Below the pieces are notes generated by a model. That model saw only the letters and a program-made list of their open reading frames with translations. It did no database searches and had not been told where the DNA came from. This document shows positions 12,330 through 24,092 of a stretch of DNA of 64,000 nt, piece after piece; the first letter of the stretch is position 1; each line of letters opens with the position of its first letter. The stretch covers positions 7,254,001-7,318,000 of the forward strand of contig NC_092680.1 in the NCBI RefSeq assembly GCF_964355755.1, written 5' to 3'. The translations under genes were made by a program, and so were the position numbers. Source of the stretch: Antedon mediterranea (lineage: Eukaryota > Animalia > Echinodermata).

Positions 12330-15161
12330 CTACTTTTGATGTAGTTTGACGCACTCCAGATATTCATTGACATCTTCTGTTGAGCCCATTACAACTGGAC
12401 ATCGATCATGGACGTTTGTTGGTATAACATCAAGGATCATTTCTTTACCTGTTGTAGCTAGGCCACCTGCTTGGGTCACCAAGTATGCCATTGGATTGCA
12501 CTCGTACATCAAACGAAGCTGTATTTGAGAAAAATAAAACTATATATTATATATTCTGTGTTATTTTTACTCATTGCAAAGAAACATTGAATTGACTGTA
12601 AAAATTGCAGTCTTTAAAATATTTTTAACAATTATTCTACTATAACATTATTCTATTGCAAAAAACTACATGTTTTTACATAATGTATATTATTTTATTT
12701 GTACATACTTTGCCTTTAGGACTCTTGGAGTGTGCTGGATAAAGGAAAATGCCCCCATATTTGATAGTCCTGTGCATGTCGGCTACCATTGAACCAATGT
12801 ATCGAGCCCCATATGGTGATTTTCCTTCCTTCAAAATAAAACAATGACAAAATTAGCACAAGATTAGTATTAAAAGTTAAATCATATCAAATCATGTATT
12901 ATATTTTTGATACATTTTACCATTTTGTGAATGTGCAACAATAGGGTTTTGTACAGTAGCATTTATGTCTATGCCACGCTGCCATTTGAAAGTGAATACT
13001 GTATTAATGATACTAAAAAAAGCATTTATAATTACCTCTGGATATTTCTTTTTATGAATATAATCTTTGACGGCATTGTCCCAGTATTGAGCATAGCCTT
13101 CATTAATACTAAAAATCTTGCCTCTTGGCTTAATCTTCATGTTATCATCAGTCAAAACAAATTCACCAATAGCCTACAATGCAATAGAGTATTCAGTGGT
13201 TGATGCTTTTCTGATAACTTTCTTCACACGTTATTGACCTGCATATACACAGCTCACACCTCTTTATTTTATTTATTTCCCTTGAACAGAAAAATTCACA
13301 GGGATATTCTATATCATGTTTTAAAATAAAGTCTCTCATTTGAGGCTTAAAGATGAAAAATGAAGATTGATTAAATCAGACTTTGACTAATAGGTTATTT
13401 TGCAGTTTCTTTCATAAAAAACAGAAAAAATGTTTTCTCAAATAAAATGACAAAATACATGGTGAAATTCAACCGAAAACCCATTGGCTGGCAGCCAATT
13501 TTTGCTTTAAATTACAGTTTTTTTCAGGTAAATACATTTTTTTTCTATTCAATTTTTGGCATATAAAACAATTATGTTATTAGGGGGACAATACATCTTT
13601 AAGGATAGACTTGCTCCAAGTCTGTATTTATTGTCTTTTTTATGTCATTCCACACATCGTCGTTTTGAATTTTGTCTGAAAATTGATTATCCAAACTCAA
13701 GTAATACACGTATGAAACGCCATATGTGCAAAAATATTTATATTTTTACTAATATTAAGACAAAACTCCGTCTGGAGCCCAGACTACTTTAAGGAGTAGT
13801 CGTGAGTTACAACCTTAGCACTAGATATCAAGTTTTAACCTTGAGATTGAAAGACAAAATTGCCAAGCTCAAAACTCCACTATTTCCCTGATGTGTAATC
13901 ATGTTTGAAGTCATTGAATATTTAGAGCGTTTAGAGTTGCCTAAGAACCATGGAGTATTTGTAGCAAGTTTCTGAGCAGACAAAGAACTTACTGGATCAA
14001 GCATGAATCCATTGACACCATTTCCAGAGCTAAGAACAATCATAGTAGCACTACCATAAAGGGCATACCCAGCAGCGACCATGGATCTGCCTGGTTGCAT
14101 AATATCTTTGTCAGTTACTGGGCCTTCTTCCACCTGTGGAGCAAATAACACATCCAAAAATGTCATGATATGATACAAATAGGAACCAGACTCTGGTGTG
14201 TGACAAAATATGAGGTAGCGAGACCTGCCTAAAATGCCTTCTCCTTATTTTGGTGTTTGTGTTGTTGAACACAGTGTTGAAGTAAAACCATAAGAAAGTG
14301 TTCCAAAATAGGATTTTTACTGTATATTATGCATGATACATACTTGTTTCCAGATGCCAAATATGGAACCAATAGATACAAGGCAATCAATGTTAGATGA
14401 CCCATCAAGTGGGTCAAAACTAACAATGTATTTTCCTTTCTTCTCTGTCTCAACAATAATGCATTTTTCGTTTTCCTCCGAGATCAAGGCACATGTTGCA
14501 AAGGTCGACTTAAGCATGTTGATGAAGAGATCATTGGCCAAGATATCAAGTTTCTTTTGTTCATCTCCTGTTGAGTTGCTCCCTCCAGCAATACCATAAC
14601 TAATGTAATAGTGTAGAAAAAAAATGCAATAAATAAATAAAACTCCACAATGTTGATGAGGAATTACCAATCCATCAGTGAGGTTTAATGTGTGCACCTG
14701 TGTGTGCAACATTGCCAATAAAAGCATTTGCCATTTTTCATGACATAGAAATAGTGTAAAAATAAATACTGTATTATAATCAATACATAAAATACTAATT
14801 TATATTCAACATGCAACACTAAAATACATTCTATCTTACAAAATTATACATAATAATTTAATATGGTCATGCGAATTTATTATATTATAAACTTATTGGA
14901 TACGACAGTATGCAAGTACAGTAAATGGCAAAATGATAATATATTGATAGTCCCATCCCTGCCTGGAATATTGTCAAACATGGACACTCACAGCTTAGCA
15001 ATACCCGCCTTTCGGACAGCCGATGATACGGCCTTCACAGCTGTACAGATGGCGATGAGAACCTGGGTTAATTCACCGGTTGCTCCGACGTGCCTACGCT
15101 GTTCTTCCAACATAAAACGAGTTAACGTCATAAAATCTGTTCTCATTCCACTGCCTTCCAT
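12330..15161 (-). CDS. FBP1: Fructose-1,6-bisphosphatase class 1. Exons 15161-14992, 14599-14344, 14133-13993, 13173-13036, 12828-12709, 12518-12330.
   Basis: Motifs [55 protein letters not shown] and [13 protein letters not shown]. Canonical splice sites in frame. Confidence 0.96.
13347..13602. mobile_element. Short copy of a TTAA-flanked (Kolobok-like) non-autonomous element
   Basis: Ends ttaaagatg... and gggggacaatacatctttaa; internal ccattggctggcagccaatt recurs inverted at ~39668-39692. Confidence 0.65.
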
Positions 15162-15264
15162 GTTTTAAAGTTAACTTGTATTTTTGTTGTGGTAGCCTAC
15201 CAGGTATATACAGGCCAAAAATACAAGGCTGACTTATTTTAGCACGAAAAGAATTTCACCAGGC

Positions 15265-15460
15265 ACTCTCTACGTCGTACGTACGAACGTGGAATCAATT
15301 ATGCGTGGCGGTTCTTGTGTTGACCCCTCTCTTTTAATAACCAATCAGATAACAGGAGCCGGGGGTGTGTCTAGGGCGTGTGTGTAAATACTCGGCACGT
15401 GCGTACGTGCATCCGATCGTGTGCACGTGGCGCTTGTCTCACTCTTACCTGGTGGTGTGT
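15265..15460. promoter_or_regulatory. CpG-rich candidate promoter upstream of FBP1
   Basis: Local CpG enrichment, CCAAT (~15341) and two CACGTG E-boxes (~15396, ~15424) 100-300 bp from the ATG. Confidence 0.5.
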
Positions 15461-18436
15461 AGACCATTGGACTCTTTTGTAAGTGAAGGAAAATTAATTT
15501 AATTTATGCAAGAAAACATAAATAAATGAATGAATTTTGAATACTGTATTTAAAAACAGGAGCAGGCTTAATACTATGCACATTTTATTTTATTCGGTTT
15601 TTCAACATAAGATTAAAAGACAATATGAAAATACAAACGATTTACAATAAATACAAGCAAATAAATTACAATTAAATAAGAACAAGGATAGCCCATAAAG
15701 TCGAATGAAAAATTGGTAATACAACTTTAAATAAGCAATAAATATGCTTGTCACAATTGAACAAAATTGTACCGTAAAATAAATTATTTAAAATTTGGAA
15801 AAATGATTTTTTTAATGTAAAAAGCAGTCGATTTATACCAAATAATAATGAGTAGTATTATTACAGTACAGTATAGGGTAACAATTTTAAGATGGAGGGC
15901 AGCAGACAGGATAAACTAGTTCTCTAGAGTTTCTTGCGCTGTCAGTAGCTCAGCTGTCAGTCAGTATGAAACATGTAAGTGATCTGATTGGACGTCCTAT
16001 GGTGGAACTAACAATCTGATCAAACACAACTTAATAACATTTCAACATTGCTTTTTGCTGCTGCTAAGAATGCAGCGGTTGTAATTGATCTCGTTCTGCA
16101 ACCATGTCGGAAGCAAGATATTTATATGCAGCAATTTAAGGCAAATTTACAATGGCTACTATCGTTATTGAAGGCCCAATTGAAGGTAGGTTGATAAGCC
16201 TGGAGATTGCTGTAATCTATTAATTCCTTGTCATATTCTTCAAGATATGTAGGACCGGGGACCATGGTCAGTCAAAAATACTGAACTATCTATTGCGTTG
16301 GCAGGACTCCTCATTGTCTACCAGTAAAATTCAAATTCTACCAACGAACGATTTTTAAAATTTATGTGACACCATGCATTATTTACTCCACAAAATTAAA
16401 TGTATATGCCCGTAGTTATATGGTCATCGTGAAAACTGAGAAAATGTGACACTACGCGCACACAGCCAGGGAGTTGTAATACAACTCCCTGCCCACAGCA
16501 GAGCCATTACTTTTAAGTTAATACCAGGTTCATGCATTACACAGGAACAAAGGCTTTAAGTCCCATCCAAAGGACGATGCAGAGAGAAGGATGCCCAATT
16601 CCTACTGTGCTCCATGTCGAGTTTCGCCGTGCTATGGAAGAACTAGTATAGCAATTTCAGTGTATCATGAAATCCTATTTCAGAAATAATTCATTTTTAC
16701 TGAAAAATGTCCTTCAAATGTTTTTTTTTAATTGAAACAATTAAAAATGTAAAATTCACTGTTTTGTGAAGAACCAATAGATGACCAAAAAATAAGTTTA
16801 TGTCAAAAGATTGTGAACATTGGTTTTATAATTTTTGTTCAGTAAAAACGGGATAACAATTCCAATGGTTTTTAACTATTTATATAGTAATGAAAATTGA
16901 ATAAGTACAGTATTCAAACACTTTGTATGTGTGCTTATATTGTAATTGTCAGGTGCATGACTAGCTTGGTTTTGCTGCACTGTACAAATAAACACCGTCA
17001 GTTTATGGAACACAATGCATTGGAGTTATCCAATATCATAAGGGTATATCCACAAGCAAGGGTAATCCAGAATGAATTACAAAAGAGAGGACACATCTAA
17101 CATGTTGGTAGATTTTAGAGAGTTGGTTCAATTGTTGTTGACATTAAACTAAATGAATTTAATACTGTATAAAAAAGGCATTTTTTTTTCAATCTTGCAA
17201 TTTCTGAGTGCGGCGATTTTATATATTGTTTTAAATAAGAAAATGTTTCACTTTTAACATCATGTGACATTTTAACCAACAAGAAATTTAAGCTTAGATT
17301 TATGTTTATAGCACTGTATATTACTTGTGGATTAATACGTAATTGCTGTATGTCACAATGTTCAACATGGGAGAGAGTCACCAAAGCAGATCCAAAACTG
17401 CCATAAAAATAACTGTTTCATCTGCTTTTCTCTTTAAGCAATATCTGAATACAATAATGTACAATATTCAAATACATTTTTATTTTTAATATTATATGGA
17501 TGGATAATAAATCAGAAAAACTTATTGCGAAACCTGTACAGAGGCACCTTAAAGCTAAATTTGTTTTGGCATAGCTCCCTACAAAAATCCAAAATACACG
17601 CTGCTAGAAGACCCACACCCCAAACTTTTTTATTTACAAATTTAATTTTATTTATTTTAAGGGCGGCAAAATATTTATTTTTTAATAAATGTATTTTGTT
17701 AATAAAGGAAATATATGTAGGCCCAACAGCCTATAACCCTCAGTGTGATAATAATAATGGATAAAATAGGGTTAATGGCCATAGTATGACACTCTGATGA
17801 TTCACAAGGTAGTAAAGTGCAATCTGTTCTCTCTAGATATTTATAATTTTGCAATTTCCGAATACTTCAAAGAGTTTCAATGTATTTCATTGGTTAAAAT
17901 TGTTTTCCTCTCAAAACTAAACTGGGTTAAACCATTATCTGTGAAAGGTAGAATTGGTAATCACTCATGAATATTATTCATATAACAACACAGTGGATAT
18001 TTACATTAGATATCTATATGTATATTGTCCTTTTGTTATTAGACTTTGTACTAAAGGTTAATATTAATAATAGGTAGAGATTAATATATGTTGTTGACAT
18101 GATTTCAGAGCTAGAACCAACACACAACAATCAATAAGTATAATTGCTACAACTATGTTATGACGTCTCCTCAAAAAACTATTTCCACATACATGCAGGA
18201 TTTTGAAGCTGATTGAGCAATTATTGATAAATGAAAGCATTGTGTGAATTGGTTGCATTGTTTTGCTTCCTTCCAGGGATTAACCTATTGGATAATAATT
18301 ACAATTGTCACTTTGAACTTCGTTTTATGTTTGACACTTGCATTATATTGTATATTATTTCCTGTTAATGTCTCATGATTATATTAACTATTAATTAATT
18401 TATTAAACATTGTTTCATACTGGATACCTATTTGCA

Positions 18437-20641
18437 ATGGAGATGGATGATGATGATACTAATACCTCTTTACTGCTTACAGAACAAGATATCCCGCTTG
18501 AGACAACACCCAAAAATGAAGCCAATGGAATTGAACCAGAGACTGTTACTGAAAAAGAACTGAAAGAAAGAACACAAGCCATCGTCAACCCAGAACAGGT
18601 GGACATAGCCTTCCCGATTAAACAACTAAGATTTCGTCGAGAGATTAAGTTAAAAATTATGGTTTTGTTTCTCTTTTTTGCAATTGTTACGGGAGTGGTA
18701 TGTATTTACAAATTTTTCGAACCAGACAGTTTATACTTTGAGTTTGGCGAAACAAAATTTGATGTAGAGAGTCACATGTTGGAGGTTCGATACAATGATC
18801 AGACAGTTCTTTTAGGTACTCTGGGTCAACAAATCTCAAAAGATGTCAACCCATATTATTGTCACAATTCAAAAACCGAAATTTGCCTGAGGTGGATAAA
18901 TTTAGGATCTTTGACAATAAAACAGAGTGTGTTTGAGTCAACAGAAATATACCACGTGACGTGGATAGCATGGAAGAAAAATCAACAACTCGTTGATTGT
19001 TATTCATTCGGTGATAATTATTCATGGTATGGTGGCGGTATACTACCTGACCAGTTATGGCCAGTTCAACATTGGAATAAATCGCAATACGTACCTTTCA
19101 TAACATCTTCTTCAAGCAGTCTTATTAGTGGTTACGGACATGAGGGATATGGCTCTGTTCAAGAGCGTTATTTTTTGTCTTCCAGCGGTGTGCAAATCAT
19201 CATCAACAGTACTAACCCACTTTTTGTAAATATCTTCAATCAATCACAAATTTGTTTCAAGTCTATGTACTCTAATCCCTACCTGAAGTCGATGAACAAC
19301 CAGTTAGAATTACAGTACAGTATTACTGTTGATAAATCTGTGTCGACTGTTTACAAATATGCAAAATCTAACATTTTTCCAGAAACATCAACACCTCAGG
19401 AGTTTTTAATCGGTGATGTTATTTGGAGTTTACAAGATGTTATACATGGTGATTGTATGACGCAAACAGACATTTTAAATTTTGCTGATGATATACTTTC
19501 ACATGGATATAACGCAAGTATTTTAGAAATCCCAGAAGGCTTTGCCTCAAATTACGGAGATTTTAACTTTGATCGTGAAAGGTTTCCGAATGCAAGTGAA
19601 ATGTTTGAGGTTCTTCATAGAAAAGGTTGGAAAGTTATGTTAGTGACAGGTATATTTGCAAATACGGATGCTAATGCATTTATAGAAGGTATTTCACAAG
19701 GATACTGGGTACAAGACCCACGAGGAGAGGTACCTGGACTCGTGCAATGGGATTACGGTATCGGAGCATTGCTTGACGTAACGTATGATAACGCCATTAC
19801 GTGGTTTGTCAACAGATTAAACAATTTCAGAAGAAAATATTATATCGATTATTTTACTTTTAAATATGGGCAAGCCAGTTATCTTCCGTTTGGATTTAAA
19901 ACAAAAATTAATCTTGCGAATCCGTCTGATTTCACAAGATTATATGTAGAAGCAATAACACAGGTTGATGGATGCTTAGCAGTGACGTCGGGTTATCAAA
20001 ACCAAGACTTAGGACTCTACAGTCAGCTTGAACCCCTACATCCAACATGGCTACCTTTGAAAGGTTTAAAGAGTGTTATTCCAACTGTTCTTAATCTATC
20101 AATTCTCAACTACCATTACTTTATCCCAAGTACAATCGGTGGTACAATCAATGTAGCTGAGAATTGTAGTCATATAGACATTGAATACAGTGTCGACCCA
20201 GAGTTATATATCCGATGGGTTGAAATGCAAGTATTTTTTCCAGTTATGAAATTCTCAGTTCCCCCATGGAAATTAAGTGATTCTGTTGATAATATTGCTA
20301 AAAAGTGGGTCAAATTTCATGGAAATTATTTCAAAAATAAAAATGCTCAACAATTGGATTCATTTGAGGAAGCGTTAATAAAACCAGTTTGGTTAAGTGG
20401 AGACGTAAAAAATGTTGAATCCAATGTTATTGAAACGTCATTTATGGTCGGAGACTCAACAGTTGTTGCTCCTATTTTAAATTCCAAAGAAAATAGCAGA
20501 AAAGTTTACTTGCCTGAAGGCAAATGGTCTAGTCCATTAAGTAGCGAGTTATTTCAGGGTGGACAAACAATAACAATCACAGGTATAAACACTGATAGTA
20601 TTGCCTATTTTGAGCTTATAGATGATGAACTTCACAAATAA
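18437..20641 (+). CDS. MYORG/KIAA1161-like GH31 type II membrane protein, predicted catalytically inactive
   Basis: Uninterrupted ~734-aa ORF from ATG 18437, one TM segment, colinear with the 26491 paralog (WYGGG, YGDFNFDRERFPN, ELYIRW, VYLPEGKW). FKFDAGE is replaced by FTFKYGQ and RMMD by QLEP. Confidence 0.9.
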   Translation: MEMDDDDTNTSLLLTEQDIPLETTPKNEANGIEPETVTEKELKERTQAIVNPEQVDIAFPIKQLRFRREIKLKIMVLFLFFAIVTGVVCIYKFFEPDSLYFEFGETKFDVESHMLEVRYNDQTVLLGTLGQQISKDVNPYYCHNSKTEICLRWINLGSLTIKQSVFESTEIYHVTWIAWKKNQQLVDCYSFGDNYSWYGGGILPDQLWPVQHWNKSQYVPFITSSSSSLISGYGHEGYGSVQERYFLSSSGVQIIINSTNPLFVNIFNQSQICFKSMYSNPYLKSMNNQLELQYSITVDKSVSTVYKYAKSNIFPETSTPQEFLIGDVIWSLQDVIHGDCMTQTDILNFADDILSHGYNASILEIPEGFASNYGDFNFDRERFPNASEMFEVLHRKGWKVMLVTGIFANTDANAFIEGISQGYWVQDPRGEVPGLVQWDYGIGALLDVTYDNAITWFVNRLNNFRRKYYIDYFTFKYGQASYLPFGFKTKINLANPSDFTRLYVEAITQVDGCLAVTSGYQNQDLGLYSQLEPLHPTWLPLKGLKSVIPTVLNLSILNYHYFIPSTIGGTINVAENCSHIDIEYSVDPELYIRWVEMQVFFPVMKFSVPPWKLSDSVDNIAKKWVKFHGNYFKNKNAQQLDSFEEALIKPVWLSGDVKNVESNVIETSFMVGDSTVVAPILNSKENSRKVYLPEGKWSSPLSSELFQGGQTITITGINTDSIAYFELIDDELHK

Positions 20642-22005
20642 AAACACAATACGTCTCTATATTATACATATTATGACAAATATGCACACACAATTTAAAG
20701 TAAATATTTGTATGATATAAAACAACACTGTAGATCTTAATAGGACCTTCTTTTTTTTTAGAAAATATAATATTTTCAGTATTTTTTTATATTTATAAAA
20801 TGGTATCAAAATTGCATATATAGATTTGTGCATTAAGAATTTATATCTGTTTTATAATGTCTTTATCCAAAATAAGAAATTTAAAATATTTTTTATTTAT
20901 GAATGTATATATTGAAGTGACATGCTTGTATAATATATAAATTCTATAAATTCATTATTCAAAATACAATAGAAGAAATATATTATAACAATATTTTATT
21001 TAAACAAAATGAAAAGGAATTAAATTTGTATATAAAAAGGATATTAATTTAAAATATAATGGACAGTACAGTACCAATCTTTTGTTTTATGTTTTATTAA
21101 AATTAGTATGCTATCTGTATGGAGGTTCTACAGAGATTAACGTAATATTCAGAATTAAACAAACATTTAGCGCAAATGGCGTGTCATTAAATACTTGAGC
21201 TGGAAGAAAATCAAAATAGCCCGCTTATGGTTAAAGATTAGAGTCTATAGCAATCTGTAGGAGGCCTACTGTAGAGACGGATTGTTGAAAATAACTTTTA
21301 ATAGCAACACTAAAAAAATTGATTTAGGAAGAGTAATTTGGAGCAGATTGTCATTTTTGAAATTGTTCATTATACATACTAGGGCATTGAATAGTTTTGT
21401 TAACATGGAATTTGTAACATTGATTTGTATTAGACTGATGGCTATTGATGACATTTGAAGACATTGATAAATCACTGTGCTTGTTTGTTTGACAATTAAT
21501 GTGATTACACATCAATACTTTTTGATTTATGCAAAATAAGAGTATAACAAATAGGAAAATTAAACAGTAGACAACATGGCACGATAGCTTGTCTACACTT
21601 TACCTAACTGGCAGTATTTCACATTTATCTTTCTTTTCTAGATTATAAAAGATCAGTTTGACAAGTTCAAAATGATTGAAAATCAATTCAAGTGATCAAG
21701 TTGAATTAAAAAAATCAACTTTAATCCAGGATTTGGTTGGTTGTTAAATGTAAATTGAATTTCCAAGTGAAGAAAATGACACATTGATTTTTGTATAAAA
21801 CAAAATGCTATTTAAGATTTGATATCATTTTAAAAGGTGTGTATCAAACATTCCATTTTACTGCGAAATAAATCTGAATTAGATTTAGTAGCATTCATTT
21901 TTTAATAAAATAACAGGCCTAAATATTATTATTAAAACAGAAAATATTTATTTATTTTTATAAGCATAAGGACTATATGTGCCCTACCAACCAACTTACA
22001 TGTTA

Positions 22006-24092
22006 AATTCAATTCAATTCAATTCAATTCACATTTATTTACTCATCGTTTATAAATACAGTTTCATAGCATAAATGATGGCAAGGATCCTGCATAGAGA
22101 AGTTTACACTTCTGTTTTCGCAGGACCCTTTTACATAAAAAACATAAAACAATAAACACAACAATAGATACAAAATTTAAAAAAAAACATTTCCTATATA
22201 CATTTTAGAGTTGTTCATCATCAAAAAGCGATACTGTTTTTCTAACATGATTATTTATACATTTTGTCTTAAAAAAGAAGATATTCAGTTTATTACTTCC
22301 AGTACATGTGGATTCTTTCTATATATATTATAACAAAAGTATGAATACATATAATATAAAACAGGCTATGTGTGTATACTCGCACACACCAACACAAATG
22401 CATAATATATGCATCTATATTTTATGAGTGAAGCATTTTAAGTTCTGTAATTCGATAAAATGTCTCTTTTTACATATTTTTTTAGTATTTTATAATTTTT
22501 GTTAACAATATCTAAGTGATTTCTACAGAGCTCGTTCCATAGTTTCGGTCCGTGAATACTGATAAAATGTTGACCAGACGTTAACCTAGAGTATGGTTGT
22601 TTTACGCTACAAATATTTCGAAGATTATGGGTAGTATTTTCGTTTCTTTTGAATATCATTTGGATTCGTCTGGGTAAAACATTGCTTTTAATCTGGCCCA
22701 TGAAACCTAGGACGGTAACTCTGTTGATATCTTGTATGTTAAGTATATTTAATTGCTTAAACAGTGGCTCAGAATGTTGCCATGGCTTTTTAAATAAAAT
22801 TATTCTAGCAGCCTTTTTCTGGAGTTTAAGAAGAGATTCTAGTGTACTATCATATGTACTGCCCCAAATAATGTTTCCATACTGAAGGTGCGGTAGAATT
22901 AATGTATTATACAAATTTGTTAAAATATAATTAGGAAAAAAATGTCTAGTTTTTATCAATATTCCAATAGACCTAGCGGTTTTTTTGCTAATAAGCCTTA
23001 TATGATTTTTCCAGCAAAGGTTCTCATTTATTACAACCCCAAGAAATGTTACATTTTGTTGTTGTTCTAAAGTAATGTTATTCATTTTCAATTCAATGTT
23101 GGTTGTAATAATACGCCTTTGGGCAGTTTTAAAGATTACGTAATTTGTTTTGCTGGTGTTTAATAAAAGTTTATTAGCTTTGAACCACATATTAATTCTA
23201 TCTAGTTCCACATTCATAGTGTTTGCCAATGCGTTCAGGTTATTTCCACACTTGAATCCTGTTGTATCATCGGCAAAGCTAATTAATTCAATTTGTGTAC
23301 TTGAGTTACATATATCGTTTACATATACTGTACAAGAAACAACAAAGGTCCCAAAACGGACCCTTGTGGAACACCAATACTAGTCTCCTTAATATTAGAC
23401 GAAGTACCATTTATAAAAACATATTGCTTTCGTGATTTTAAGTAGTTACTGAACCATTTTAGTGTAACACCTCTTATACCATAGTGGAATAGCTTGTTCA
23501 GTAATATACTGTGGTCAATAATATCAAATGCCTTTGACAAATCCATAAATGTGGCAATTACGAACTCTTTGTTTTCAAATGCCTTTAGTATTTTGTGGAT
23601 CAGATCAATTATAGCGTGGGAGGTTGAATGATTGTTTCGGAAGCCGTATTGCCAATCATTTAGTATATTGTAAGTTTTAAAGTAATTATACAATCTGGAA
23701 TGGACTATCTTTTCAAAGATTTTAGAGAAAATTGGTAGTAGTGATATCGGGCGATAATTTGAGGCTAAATGACGGTCCCCTTTTTTGTATATGGGAATTA
23801 CTTTTGCAATTTTTATCTGTTCCGGTATTGAGCCGGAGTGAAGAGATACGTTAAATATATAAGTCAAGGGCTTTACAATAGCATCACCAACTGCCTTGAC
23901 TACCTTTGGTGAAATATCATCAAAACCAGGTGTTTTGTTTGCATCAAGTGATTGAATCACTTTTAACACTTCCTCCTCATTTACATGGTAGAAAAACATA
24001 GAGTTACTTTGCCTGTTTAGCAGGTAATCAGAGTATTGTGCCGTTGATGGCTCAATACTGTCTCGTACCTTGAGACCAACATTAATAAAATA
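22006..24092 (-). mobile_element. 5'-truncated non-LTR retrotransposon (CR1/L2-group LINE), RT domain with one frameshift
   Basis: RT motifs NYRPISLLP, QYGFR, FMDLSKAFD, GVPQGSVLGPLLF, FADDT; 3' end AATAAA plus (TTGAA)n tail at 22006-22040. Confidence 0.92.
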
